A DNA stretch of 63,596 nt, filler included, from Basidioascus undulatus (Eukaryota), in NCBI GenBank assembly GCA_000826855.1. It is 6 parts of 6 records of this genome, joined end to end, with 100 filler letters (N's around TTAATTAATTAA, not from the genome) between each part and the next. Parts side by side here need not be neighbours in the genome. Positions count along the whole stretch, not along the records: positions 1 to 27,588 come from JTLS01000161.1; 5 more parts are not named here. The stretch is one strand, 5' to 3'. Positions 12,711 to 26,160 of this stretch are shown one piece after another (the first letter of the stretch is position 1; each line of letters opens with the position of its first letter). A model generated the notes under the pieces. The model did no database searches, was not told the DNA's origin, and saw only the letters and a program-made list of their open reading frames with translations. The translations under genes and the position numbers were made by a program.

Positions 12711-13235
12711 GATGGGGGACGAACGTCAAGGTGGAATTCAGCGGCTGTGCAGCGCCTTCAATCCACTCAGAACAACGCTCGTTCGTCCCGCTCCAGAGTG
12801 AGCAGGTTATATCTGCATTGAGATGTTTTGTTGACTTTCGGATTATCTGCCATGGCTGACTTCCTGCTACAAATCCGGGATGGTATAGCCCTTCGAGTGC
12901 CACGCTGCTGAAAGGAAGAGTCAGAGGGGCCGGCTTACGGCTGCGCCTGCCTGCTTACTAGTCAGTCTCCTGTAACCTTTCTGAAAGATGCATGTGCATG
13001 TCAATCGACAGTACATCGTTACTTAAAAGTAAATTACAAAATCGTAAGGTGCTGAGCAGGTCCAGGCAGTGTCCATGCTCGCTTTTGACGCTGCAGCGTG
13101 TGTGGGTTTCACGTGTTTGCCTGGCCGCGCTTGCCAACGCCTCAGTCGCTCCTCTCACCGTTCCCTCGCCCATCCTCACTGTTGCGCTCATACCCTCCGC
13201 TGCATCGCACACCCGACACCGCATAGACAAACGGG

Positions 13236-16076
13236 ATGACGACCCGCACTCCCGAGTCTCTCCACGAGACCATCAGGCTGTGCGTAGCCGTCTCCAGGCC
13301 CCCTCGGCTTCCCTTCCCCTGAGCGCTGGCGCTGATGGTCGGCTTGGGTGGTTGATGCTGAGCAGGTACATCGGCCCGGACGCGTATACCTTTGAGCCTG
13401 CGTCGAACGATCCGCAGGAGAAGGGAGAGACGCTCACTATCGATCGGAGGACGTACGATATCTCACTCAACTGTGCGTCGCGGTATCTTCCCCAGCACGC
13501 AGCTCCTCGCGCAGTGGTCGATCGGTTTTGGGGAGCACTCAACTGATATGCGTCTTTCTTTTGTTTGGCAGCTGCCGGTCGGGTTGTGCCTTCCTCGCAG
13601 GAGAAAGTGCTCACCACCTACGGCCTGTTGGGCATCATCTCGCTCTCGACCAGTGCGTCCCCGCTCGCAAGCCGCCTCTGCCTGCTCTCTCGCTTACCTC
13701 CACACCACCCTTCTCTCCTCAGCCGACTTCCTCATTGTCATCACCGGCCGCCAGCACGCAGGCACGATCCGCGGGCACGCCGTCTACCGCGCGACCGAGT
13801 TCAAGCTCTTCCCCTTCGACCGGCTCTCGACGACGCGCCAGCTGCTCAAGCACCCCGTCGAGGGCATCCTCCTCGGCCTCGTCAAGGCCCACCTCGACTC
13901 GGGCCGCTTCTACTTTACCCACGGCTTTGACATCACGAGCAATGTGCAGCGCCAGCGCGGAGAGGCGGGCGAGGGGAAGGCGGTCTGGGAGAGGGTGAGT
14001 GGGGCGCATGAGCTGGGTTGGGTGGGCGGAGTGGATGGGGCGGGGACATGGGAGGAGCGTGGCCGCTGACGTGGTGGAATTGTGCGCTACTGGAAGGCGG
14101 ACGACCGCTTCTTCTGGAACAGGCATCTGCAGTCCAAGCTCATCGGCATCACCTCGTCCAACCCCTCTCAAGATGTGCGTGCCCTTTGTCCTGCACTCTT
14201 CACCCTCCTTATCTTCCGCTCACCCGGTGCTTCACAATCCAGCTCTCCCGCTTCATCCTCCCCGTCATCTACGGCTGTACGCCTCTGCCCCTCCCTCCCT
14301 CTCTCTCCTTGTCCACCAATCCGTCTCCTCCCTAATTATCCTCCCCCCCGCAGTCCTCGAGATCAAGCAGACCACTCTCCTCGGGCGCCCACTCACGCTC
14401 GCGCTCATCGCGCGCCGCTCGCGCTTCCGCGCCGGCACGCGCTACTTCTCGCGCGGCATCGACCCGCAGGGGAACGTGTCCAACTTCAACGAGACGGAGC
14501 AGCTCGCCGTCGTCGGCGACGACCTCTGGTCGCACGTCCAGATCCGCGGGAGCGTCCCCGTCTTCTGGAGCGAGATCAACACGCTCCGGTACAGGCCTGA
14601 TCTGCAGATCATGGAGCTGCCGTCGTCTGTGCGTCGCTTCCCCATCCCATCCCTCCTTGTTTTTTTTGGATGTAACTTGAATGTCGTTTGCTGATGAATG
14701 GATGGGAACGGGGTGTGGGGTCGATCCAGACCGAGGCGGTCCGCATGCACCTCTCGAACCTGCTGTCCAACTACGGCGCGGTGACGTGCATCAACCTCGT
14801 GAACCAGCACGGGTATGAGAAGCCCGTGAAGGAGGCGTTCGAGACCGCACTCAAGAACATCAAGCACCCGAATGTCGACTACGAGTACTTTGACTTTCAC
14901 GCCGAGTGCTCCAAGATGCGCTGGCACCGCATCCAGATCCTCATTGACCGCCTCGAGGAGACGCTGCTGCAGCAAAAGTGGGTTCCTTTTTCCCACGTCT
15001 CTCTTCCCCAACGTCCCTGCGCACTCCCTCTGCCCGGTGAGTTCCAGAACGATGCTGATAATGTGGATTGTGAAAACAGGTACTTCCACGAGACGCCCTC
15101 GGGCGAGGTCAAGTCGAAGCAGTCCTCGGTCGTCCGCACCAACTGCATGGACTGCCTCGACCGCACCAACGTCGTCCAGTCCGCGATCGCCAAGTGGGTC
15201 CTCACGCGCCAGTTGCGCGAGGCGGGCATCCTCCGCGAGGGCGACGCGATCGAGCACGACGCGGCGTTCGTGAGCGTGTTCCGGAACAGTACGTTGCACC
15301 TCCCCCTCTGCTTCCCTTCGCCCGTCCTCCCGGGATTGCTTTGCTTATAGGGAAATATGCGTTTTTTTTGGTGGGCAGTCTGGGCCGACCACGCGGACGG
15401 GATCTCGACGACGTACTCGGGCACGGGCGCGCTGAAGACCGACTTCACGCGCACGGGCACGCGGACGAAGATGGGCGCGCTCGCGGACTTGACCAACTCG
15501 ATCACGCGCTACATCAAGAACAACTACCTCGACGGGCCGCGCCAGGACGCGTTCGATCTCATGATGGGCGCGTGGGTCCCGCGCAGGAACGTGCCCTTCC
15601 CGCTCATGGACGAGCGCGCACTCGCCGTCCGCGCCGTGCCGTACGTCCTCGCCTTCTCGCTGTTTATGATCGTCAGCGCGCTCGTCTTGCCGCGCACGCA
15701 CGGTGCGTTATCCCTGTTCTGTCCTTTACCTGTGCGCACGATCTGATTCCTCCGTCGACGCACAGAAACCTCCCTCCGCCCAGTCTTCATCCTCTTCACG
15801 ATCCTTTTCTTCCTCGCGGCGTTCTACATGCTCCAAAACGGCGTCGAGTACGTCGCCTGGCCGCGCCTCAACCCACCGCACGAGGTCCTCTCGTACGAGG
15901 GGCCCGGCTTCCGCTCCCCCCGCCACGGCCGCGGGTGGGCCATGTGGGGCGGGCTCATCCCCGCCGGCACGAGGGGCATGGGCGAGAAGGTCAGGAGGAA
16001 GGTAGGGGAGATCGAGATGGGCTTGGGCGTCGGGGGCGCTGGGGAGGCGGGCGCGGAGAAGAAGAGGAGCGATTGA
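13236..16076 (+). CDS. SAC1: SAC1 phosphoinositide (PI4P) phosphatase
   Basis: DDRFFWNRHL, RRSRFRAGTRYFSRGID, QIRGSVPVFW, catalytic RTNCMDCLDRTNVVQS (CX5R), YSGTGALKTDFTRTG, two C-terminal TM helices. Confidence 0.96.
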
Positions 16077-17248
16077 GTGGGCGCACGTAAGGGAGGCGGC
16101 CGGGCTGGGCCGCGGAGGTGCTTTTTTACAGGGTTATGCGGACGAGGTGGGCCGGGGCAGAGGGGGCTTCTTTCGCGTTCCGAACTACACTCTTTCGTCC
16201 TGCTCTTTATGCACTTCATTGTGGACTCGCGACTGTCGATACATGGGCTGAAGGTGGTGTCGATCCTGACTGTGAGTCTTTGGAGAGAGGTCTCGGTAGA
16301 TGGTACTGCGAAGGCGGGCGCTAGAAGACGCCTGCGATGTCGATGTCATGTACTGCCGGGCCTGAGTGAGGTGATAAGTCTTGCACAGAGAAGACACATA
16401 GAGTGTCGTTTGCCTGTGATTGAATGGCAGCTTTTGTAGTCGGTTTGGACTGTCCCCATTAATGCACGCTCGAGTCGAAAAGGCCCGATAGCTAGAGCGA
16501 TAGTTCTGGAGAGAGTACGCCATGTATGGCAGTGCTAAAAAATGGACTCGAGTTATATATTCACACTGAGAAATGGAGCATGGGAACCGTCATGATCCGT
16601 GATGCAAGAGGGAGCTGCAATGGAAGCATGAACAAAAAAGCCTGGGGTTAACGCTTGTAACGCTGGCTGGCAGGCTAGACCCCCCCGGCACTGTCGAACA
16701 GTACCGTGTCCCTCCGTTTCAATGATTGGTTCAAATTCGTTTGGGAGAGAGGCTTTGGCCTATAACAGGAATCCTAGGGGTACCACGGTCTGCTCTGAGG
16801 TTGGATAGGGGTAGAATTTGAGTGGCGCTTCGCGAGGGGAGTGACCGTCGTTTGGCAAGTTCAGGATGTACTACACTCCGCGATGCTCACGGCGCACGCT
16901 CAGACACAACGCTCGGGAAACTTGCGCTCGTTGAGCGGAAATTATTGTTGCATAAGCGTGCGTGAGTGCTAGCGAGTGATTCCGTTGGAGTCGAGCCGAG
17001 AGCTCCGCGTGCGACCCCTGGGCGCCAGCCGTCAACCTGCGGCGGTGGATCATTTCATCCCGCTGCTTTGAGACCGGGCTGCGTCACTTATCCCTCGCAA
17101 ACTCCTGGAGATCCAGAGTCCACCTTGGCGACCACGAGCGCCATCTTCACTCTCCAACTCTCACTCATACGCTGACCTCGGATTCCCTCTATCCCCCTCT
17201 CACTCGCACCCTTACCTTCGCTCTTCCAATGCCTGGACTGGCTCGGTT

Positions 17249-18940
17249 ATGGGCCTCTTCAGCTATGTCGCTTCGGTAGAACAGTCTGATCAGCCCGTGC
17301 GCTTGCTCGTGCCCTACTTCGTCATACAGCTCGCTGGCGCGGCCTGCAACATTGTGTGTGTCTCTTCTTTCCATCCAAATTGCAGACCAAAGGAGGCTTC
17401 TCCAGGTCCTCCTGATTACTATCCTCGTATCCGGGCACACCACTTCCCTCGCGAGCTCGCCAATCTTGACCCACGTCCTTTGCGTTTTCGCGGCCACGGG
17501 CTTCGTAAAGTAATTCCTGCTTCTCGCTGGAGAGTTGACCACGACGGACGGGCAACTTGGGGTCTGTCTGGCGCAGGCCGGCGGCGTGATGGTTATCCCG
17601 CCTTTACAGGCTGCGACGCGTTTGACCTCGGTCTCAAAGTGCGAGCAGTCGATACTAATTTCCCGATAAATGATGAGGCACAGGGCCCCGGAGACTCATT
17701 CTTCACGAGAGGGACAGGCGTGGGCAGTTGTGAGGAGTGTGGTGAAGGGGAAGGAGGTGCCGCTGGTGGATCGCAGTTGGGATAAGTGGGTAAGTAGCTG
17801 ATTGCCGTATAGCGCTCAGCTGGACATGGGGGTCCGGCCTGCTTGCTTACGAAAAGGTTCTGCCAGGTCATATTGACCTCCTATGTCGCCATTACGCCGC
17901 CGTATGTGTCGGCGATTGTGGTGAGCCCTGTTCTGTCGGGGGCTCTATGGGTGAGCCTGACGCCAGGTTCAACTACACAGCGGGTGTACGACAGCCCTGG
18001 CATGTCGCTCGAGGTCAATGGAGCAGGGAAGGCGAGCGGAGAGGAAGCCCAAGGAAGCCGCTGATATGCCATATCATGGTCGTGCGACAGCTGTCTTTTA
18101 CTGCTACTTGGCAGACCCGGTAGCGTACGCAATGATCTTTCCAGCTTGACTCAACCAAGCTGATCCAAAATCAAACCAGCACGTTCACGACCAACGCCAT
18201 CACGGCGATGTTCGCTTTCGGCTTTACCGTATTCGGCAGTAAGCATTCCCAAGTCACACTTACTACGTCCCCGTTGATATCTGTTCGTGGCCAGTCTGGA
18301 CCGCTATCCTCCTTCGCATGCAGCGTAAAGAGCTACACAGGTTTGCTGCTGACCAACGGGACGGCATGAATCGGCTGTTTGTCGTCCGAGTGTTGCTTCT
18401 CTCTGTGTGCGTTTGTCGCCTCCGACAATTTGCACACGTTCACACTCGGCGACGAAAAGCCGTACTGACAAACCCACTGATTTGAACTTCGCAGCCACGT
18501 CGTCGTCGCTTTGATCGTTGCAGTCTGTACGCTAGGCGACTTCACCTCTCCCATGGACGACCTGACTATGGCACCTACGGGCGTGACGGTGTTCTTTATT
18601 TTTTCGCGAGGTATGTGACGCTTCAATCCCGGTCAAAAGAGAAGCTGAATTCTGAACATCTGCAGAAGTCCTCCAAACTTGGCACTGCCCTGCCTTCCTC
18701 GTCGCCTCCCGTGCGTCGAACCGCACCGGCACCATGCCGCCAGACATCATCCTGCCTGTCATTCTCACGCCTATTCGGGTGAGCGGTGCGGTTGATCAGG
18801 ACGCCCCATCCCCAAACTTTCTGGCTCTCCCACCCATGAGGCCGATGAGCATGTTTGGGGACGCAATGGCAGGAAGGGTGGGAGACGGGACGGAGGACTA
18901 TGTGCGACCGGCTCGAGAGAGTGAAAATGGCATCACTTAA
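17249..18940 (+). CDS. Multi-exon 7TM/GPCR-like membrane protein of basidiomycete type
   Basis: Hydrophobic exons YFVIQLAGAACNI, AITPPYVSAIVVS, FVVRVLLLS and PTGVTVFFIFSR|EVLQTW followed by a hydrophilic tail. Exon chain only partly resolved. Confidence 0.45.
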
Positions 18941-19417
18941 CACGACCGGTTTGCACTGTGCCGAGGGTTGAGCAATAACATCTGTATTCTTCTGCTGAGT
19001 TCCGCGGTCTGCCTTGTTTGCCGAGAATGATGCGGCCACCTGCCAGTCAACGCCCAGTAACTATTGCAGTCGGCATGCGTCCCCCTTTCCAAAAGACCTC
19101 AACCAGAGGTGCGCATTTGGGAACTCGCACAGTTTAGCTTGTGAAGATGCAAAGCGTGGTTTCCGTGCTCCCCGAGACTGAAATACTGGTTAAGCAAAGA
19201 TCTATTTTATCAATTCTCTGGCCAGTATGCTGCTCTCTGTTCAACCTGCTAATACAGTCCACATGTTCACTACACTCGGGAGCTTTTGATTTGTTCAAAC
19301 TCCAACCTCGATTAAGTATGCCGGCACCTGGCATGAAGAGTTTTGGAATGGGCGCACTCAAAACACGCAAAGATTCACGACGAATATTCCCACGCACCCC
19401 GTGTTTGAGTCGTCTTC

Positions 19418-20433
19418 ATGTCGCCTGTCCCCCCGGCCTTTATCTTCCGCCTTCACCTCGTTCCGACTGTCCACAGCTTAGCGCCTGCCCGAGCTTCCCA
19501 GTATTGCTCGGTATACTATACCCCGCTGAAATGTACAAACTTCCGGAGGTTCATCTTCAGATCATCCCATATGGCTCGTTGCGTCCCTTGATCAGATTCG
19601 AGCTTCGCCGTAGCCACTCATCGTTGCTTTGCCTTCCGGCGATGAGCGTCGTCTCGAAGTCGAGCTCCGACCCAGAGTTCCTTCGGCCGCGCTACTCAAG
19701 GACATGGGGCGCATGCAGAGCTGGGCGCAGGGCGTGCTGATGAGTCTTGGGAAGGACATGTAAGCACACGCAGCGGTGGGGATGCGAGAAATGCGGTGAG
19801 TAAACGTGTATGATATGTCTCCAGGGTGGCTTACTGATTGCAAAGGTCTGCAATCCGTAGACAAGCGAGCGCGAGAGACGAGCTGTAATATCATATCCTG
19901 GCTCCATCTCCCCCAGGCTTGTCGTTTATGTGCATGATCCCTCCCGCTCTTGCGCACCACATAGACTCACGAAAGTCGTTATTCCCTCAGGTGCATCACT
20001 TCTGCGACGCCGGTGGCGGTCCATGCCTCGAGGCAACCGAAGCAGAGCGCTCACTCGCCCTACTCATGGCTGGTACTCCCCCCGGTCCGCCACCCCCACG
20101 GTATCCCAAGGCCCCGGGCGAGCTATTCCCCCTCTCGAGCAGCTGCGGAAAGTTCCATTGGGAAGAGACTGGAGCCATGAAGATGAGTAGGTGCGGAAAG
20201 TGCAAGCTCACTAGGTGCGTTGCTCTGTTTCCTGTGCCGATGGCCGTCTGAACAAAAGAAAAAAAAAATGCCGATCGTGCTGATCCTGACATGTCACCTC
20301 TAGATACTGCCAATAGTCGTTCTTCGCTGGCATGTCTCTAGCTGTCATAAGGGTGGACTGTCAGAAAGCCGACTGGACGAGGCACAAGGATATTTGCAAG
20401 CTGGTCAAGGGCGTCAAGTGGTTCTGGCATTGA
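19418..20433 (+). CDS. Small protein with C-terminal MYND-type zinc finger (possibly disrupted; start uncertain)
   Basis: MSRCGKCKLTRYC..VDCQKADWTRHKDICK. The splice after YC seems to create a TAG. Confidence 0.65.
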
Positions 20434-20773
20434 AATCTTTGCTCTTGTATCGATAGAAATGCTCCGATGAAGGTGCATAACCTCATTTGAGACCCGAGAA
20501 GAGGTTGCGACGAGATCATGATCTGTTGCGTCTCCGAAGCGAAGTCCGTCGTCATATGGATTCGTCGTGTTCGTCGTAGGCTGACTGACCGGAGTACAGC
20601 TGTGTATTTGCCTGGAATGTTTCGCTTTTCGTATCTTTCGGCGGAATTCATGACGTGTTGACCAATGTTGACAGTCGCTGAAAGTTGCGTGTGGGGCCGT
20701 GCAGACGTGCCGTGAGGTCCGCTGCATCTCCGTCCTTTTGTTATGATGGGTGTGCTTGGCCAGGAGCTGAACT

Positions 20774-21897
20774 ATGCCTTGCGCGGGGCTGTTTAGACCT
20801 CCAGCCATTTATCTTCTCTTCGTGACCAACCCGAAGCTCCTGAACAGCTGCGACATTATCAACCATGTCTGCAAAGTTTCCGGGGCCGGACATCTTTCAC
20901 CACGACGTGGAGGCCTCGAGAGAGGCGTCGCCTGCACATCCCTCTCTTACGCGCCTCACAAAAACGTTTTCTATATCTTCTCCCGACCCCGAGTTTCGCT
21001 ATAGTCCCGTAGCGCAGTATCTCTACGGTGTAAGCGGGCCATATTGCCGGGCTACAAGCAATTAATGCCCTGCGCGACACCATCTGACGATCCTCTTCGA
21101 GCCAGACCTCCTACCCCTACCTCAAGTCAGGCGTCCTTCCGGGCGCGGTAGCTTGGCAGCTCGTCTCTTCTTTGCACGGCGAAGCGGCGAAGCACGTCAC
21201 GTACCTCGAGATGCGCATCGACACTTTCACGACCCTCTTCCTCTCGCACATCGCGAAGACGCTCAGGGTTCTTCGCACGCTTAAGCTCGAAGCCCAGCAG
21301 ACCGAGCCAATGTTTTGGGCGCAGGGCAGCCGCGTGGGGTGGACCCACCCAGGCATGACGTTCGAGTACCTCAAGAACGCGGACGCAGCAGCGCCGTGGC
21401 AGCCGGCGTTCGCGAACGCCGCACGGTACCCGATCCAGATGCAGGCGCTCGCATACCCGCCGGCGTGGTTGGCTCCGGACGAAGCGACGCCGACGTTCCT
21501 CCTGCCGCGGATGCCAGCGAAGGACACGATCGCGTTCTCGACCTACGCGATAGTCAACGGACTCGTCGAGATCCTTAAACCGCTCAAGCAGCTCGAGGCG
21601 CTCGACCTCAACATCGACCTTGACGCGCTCGTCGGTGACCGCCCGCTGGGAGCAGAGTACCTGAACCGCAATGCCGCGGCTCGAGGCGAGAGCGTGAAGC
21701 GCGCGACGGACGCGATCGAGATGATCCGGAACAGTATCGCGTCGCTCATGTTCGTGCAGTTGGGGCGGAGGCCGCTCGAGAAGGCCGAGGTGAAGCCGCC
21801 GCAGAGGGAGGAGCTCAAACCGGACTACCAAAAGGAGTTGGGGTGGTCGGACAGCCATTGGCCGAGGGTGCAGAGGGAGATTAAGAAGAAGATGTGA
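20774..21897 (+). pseudogene. Lineage-specific F-box/LRR-like gene with a frame-disrupted 5' half
   Basis: 241-aa open frame with coding-like codon bias (LRVLRTLKLE, LKQLEALDLNI); upstream pieces lie in different frames with stops. Confidence 0.35.
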
Positions 21898-22654
21898 GCT
21901 GCGAGGGATGTCGGGTGGGTCATGGAGTACAGTCCAGAGTGCGCGAAATGTAGCGGCGCTTGCGACGCAGCGGGTGTGAGCGCGTGAGAGTCAATGTGAC
22001 GTTCGCAAGAGACAATGTAAGATGGAGACGAAGTGATGATTGAAGCGTTGCTGCTGTGAATCTCTGTTTGACGCTCCGAGAGAACCGCGCCGAGATCTCG
22101 CGAACACGTCGATCGAGATCGAGGACAGATAAGCAAGCAAGTCGAAGTACGCTTGTGTGAGTTTCGTCAGAGTGTACTTTTCTGGCAGCGCACCCAAATT
22201 GCGGCAACAGAGATGGATGCGGCAGCGATCATGATGGGCACTGGAGGCGCGAATTGCTCGCTGCGCGCTTCGTGACTCGACAAACGCCGAGGTGAGCTGA
22301 GGTTAACTCAGGAATGAGGCAAAATACGAACCGCTGCGCTCGTATATGCGCCACGGCTACGAGCCTCCGGACGCGATGCGAGTGGTGCAAGGCGGAAGGA
22401 CGGGGACCCGTTGAACGCTTCGGGGCGCTCAGGACACGGGGTTCCGTCGCTAGGTGTGATAACATATCAAAGTGTTCAGCAATTTATTCACATTCGATCT
22501 ACTTCAGACTTACCGCAGAGGAGCTGTGCTTGGCACGGCCAAGCGTGCGTCCGGCAGCAGGATTGGAAGCGTCCTGCGATGTCTCCTCCGACAGTCAGGA
22601 AGCCATCCCCATTTCTCGATCGGTATGGCGGTGCTCACCGGTATCGGAGGTCTT

Positions 22655-23199
22655 CTACTCCCTCTCCTGGATCGCCATGCCCCACTCCGCTAGGTCTAGC
22701 TCATCGCACCTACTCATCAAGATGGCGCTGAGCACGACCCCCGCCTCGACCTGCAGTCCCTCAGCGCCCACGACCACAGGCAGATACTTTTGCTCCTTCT
22801 CGACCGACCTCTGCCCCACGTTCACAATCGTAAGCAATCCCTCAACACATGGGAGCGAGAGAATCCACTGTGAAGCGCTCACCGGCTCGAGGTCGCCCAT
22901 CACCATCACGGAGCTCTTGAGCGGCGGACACGCCGAGGCAAGGCTGCCCGCGAGGCACAGCGAGAGGTCGACGAGCAGGGCGTGCTTGTCATAAGCCATG
23001 ACTGCGAGCGTTCGGGATGGGTCCCAGGCTACCACACTGGAGAAGCGGCAAGGGGATGAGCGATTCGAGGCGCGACTTCGCACGAAGTTGAGAGTTGTGG
23101 ATCGCACCGTCCGGCCGTGCGAATCTTCTTTCGAAGATGCTTAGATGCATCGATCGAAGGGAGCGCGATGTTCTGGGCTGGATCAGGTAACCGGGACAT
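22655..23199 (-). CDS. TEN1: TEN1-like OB-fold subunit of the CST telomere-capping complex
   Basis: Spliced MSRLPDPAQNIALPSIDASKHLRKKIRTAGR|VVAWDPSRTLAVMAYDKHALLVDLSLC..SSVMVMGDLE..VVLSAILMSRCDELDLAEWGMAIQERE parallels human TEN1 (LPKPG..LRTFGRL..YD..IVLGEL..ARVL..AIREQ). Confidence 0.7.
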
Positions 23200-23358
23200 T
23201 TGTAGACTTGATAGATTGAAGACGAGGATGAGGACGTGGATGAGCGAGATAGGCAAGACGCGTCATCGACGCGGCGTTGATATCGATGCAGCGCTTACGT
23301 AGGCAAGGCCAACAGCATAAACCTCGCAACGAGCAATCGCCTTTTCACTCCCACCGCC

Positions 23359-24935
23359 ATGTCCACCCAGCCCACGAAATATATTTGGCTCGATTGTGAC
23401 CCGTACTGACCATTCGATCCACTCCGATGTTCACCGATCGCCCAGCTGACCCCACTCACCTGCCCAGCGGTCACGACGATGCGCTCGCGATCCTCCTCGC
23501 GCTGCACACTCCTGGTCTCAACCTCCTGGGCATCTCGACCGTGCGCTACTAGCTTTCCAGCTGTATATATTTCGGATTTGATGAGAGCCCATTTGATCAG
23601 GTGCACGGGAACGCCTCGCAACGCAACACGCACATCAACGCCGCCCGCCTCGCGGAGGCGTTCGGCGCTCCTCCCACGCTCCCCATTTTCGCAGGCGCAA
23701 GCCTGCCGCTCATCCGGTCATCGCGCGTTGACCCTGAAGTCCGCCTTAAGCCTCGATCAAATTTCTACTTCACATGCTCATGACCCTACCGCAGATCCAC
23801 GGCGCCGACGGTCTCGGGGGTGTCGAGGGCCTGCCTCCCTTCTCAGACCCTAACGTCCAACGGCGTATCCAGCAAAGTGCGGGTGTAGATGCGCCTTCCG
23901 GGGCCATTCAGGCGCTCGCGAAAGCCGTTCGCGAGACCTGGGCGGGCGGAAAGGGGGAGAAGGTCACGATTGTCGCAACGGGCAGTCTGACGAACATTGC
24001 GCTGTTCGTATCGCTGCACCCGGCGCTGCTTGAGGGTGTCGAACAGATTGTGTTCATGGGCGGGACGATCGGGGTAGGCAACCGGGGGCCTCTTGCGGGT
24101 GCGTTAATTGCTCGTCGCAGTAAGCCGGCACGCGGGCGACGACGCTTACTGTTTGACCTGCCTTCAGAATTCAACATCCTCGTTGACGGTGCGCCAAAAA
24201 TTCTTCTATCATTCAAGAAACGAAAGCGCCTCGTATCTGACTGGATCGTACCATCGCAGCCGAAGCAGCCCAGATCGTGCGCCCCTCTTCTACAGCGTCC
24301 TCGCTCCCGTCTCCCCACTCAACCCACCTTCCCATAGGTCTTCGACGCCCCCGTCCCCTGCGTCATGGTCGGATTGAATGTCACACACCAAACGCTCCTC
24401 ACCCCCGCGCGGCACCTGACTCTCCTCGGCCATCCTCCCTCCCCCGCATCCTCCTCCGCCCCGCTCCCAGCACCGACCACTCCCCTCCGCCACATGCTCC
24501 ACACCCTCGTCTCCTACTTCCGCGACTCCTACCTCCACACCTTCAACTTCACGCACGGCCCGCCCCTGCACGACCCGCTCGCGGTGGCGGCCGTCGCTCG
24601 CCCGGGCGTGCTGGGCGGGAAACGGTACAGGGTCGATGTGGAACGCGCGGGGGAGAGCACGCTGGGTGCTACGGTTGTTGATGTGTGGGGCTATCAAGGC
24701 GCGAGGGAAGGGGAGGGGAGAGAGGATTGGGGAAGAGGAGGGAAGAACGTCTGGGTGAGTTTGTGACCTGGCATCATAGGACCGCGCACCGCACGGGCTG
24801 ATGAACGGATCTGATCTGGTTTGGTGGTTGGTTGGACAGGTTGCAGAGACGGTCGACGCTGTTGCGTTCTTCGAGATGCTTTTTACCGCTGTCGACGCTG
24901 CCGAGCGAGTCTCTCCGCTATGCAGGGCACCGTGA
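23359..24935 (+). CDS. URH1: Inosine/uridine-preferring nucleoside hydrolase (URH1-like)
   Basis: WLDCDPGHDDA, STVHGNA, IHGADGLGG, ATGSLTNIAL, FMGG, EFNILVD, GLNVTH, GPPLHDPLAV. Confidence 0.93.
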
Positions 24936-25279
24936 GGATTAAAGACTCCAGTGTAGCCTGGCGTTCTAATGAGGGTAACTTTGGCTGAAGTCAGGCGAAA
25001 GACGCAAGGGCCTGCCCGTGGTCTTCCAATGCCCTCAACAGGCCTTATGACAGTCACTGGTCGGTATTTTCGCATGGACAACATCTACCAATATAGATGG
25101 CAGAAACGTCTATGAGGCAAGACGGGCTTGACGGGATACTGGGTGCCTTCCCAAGTCAGGTAAAGTGCATGTTTTTGAAAATATCACAACAGCCCGGTCA
25201 TTTCATGCAAGGCTCATAAATAACATACAGCGCCACACCACCGCAATCCACCGCCCCGGATTCAGACACTCTCAAGCTT

Positions 25280-26160
25280 CTAGATCGTTCCGTTTGCGAT
25301 GCGCTGATCAAACCACTGGCGCTCAGAGAGGGGGTGAAAGGGCATAACAAGACCGAGAAGATCTTGACCTTCCGAGGTCCGGCCCAACGCTCTCAGAGGA
25401 CGCCGTCGAAGTTGTCCTTCAGAGGGGGCGTGTTGCAATTCAGCATGAAATCTGTAGCGGCCAAGAAACGCGAACACGATCCGGAGCAACGAGAGGATCT
25501 CTTCAACGAGCGTGCGGATGCCTGCGATGTAGCTATCCATGTCGCTCATAATACTTCCGAATCGGAGCGGCAAGACCTAAACTACGCGCCTGAGATTTTG
25601 AAAGGGATGAGAGCCTGCAGGGCGCCGCTGTTAATAAACTCGATGATGTTTAGCGGTAGGGCGATCGAGCGAGTGTCTCCCAATGGTAGTCCGGAAGTGC
25701 GAGCTGCGAGCAGAATCTGCCGCAGGCGGTTCAGATGCTCCTCCATCATGGCGTCCATGGGCGGCAGTCAAGCAAGAGGCGCAGAGCGCGGCTGTGGCGT
25801 GCCAGAGCCTTTGCAAAGTCTTCATAGCCATCCATCAGCCCTGGTTTCTCGTATCCGTATCGAACGTTGACATGAGGTAAGAACAGCGCCTGGGTGTGCG
25901 CGAAAAGCTTGGGGTTGTCCTCCGCCGTCCGGAAGAACTGAAGGAGGCGGTCCACGCAATCGCGGCCCCAGTATTCGAAACGTCCGAAATGTCGAAGAGT
26001 ACGGCTTCGCCGTGGCGGGATGTTGAAAAAGCGCGAAACGAGACAGAGCGTGGCTAGAGTGGCAGAGTCCTGCGCGAGGGTGAGACGACGCTGCGACCTC
26101 GTCGATGATGAGCTTGTGAATCTCGAGCGGGAGCTGCGGGGCAGTCTTGGTGGGCGTTCC
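25280..26160 (-). pseudogene. F-box-like pseudogene
   Basis: QLPLEIHKLIIDEV continues as TLATLCLVSRFFN only after a frameshift; further stops downstream. Confidence 0.6.
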
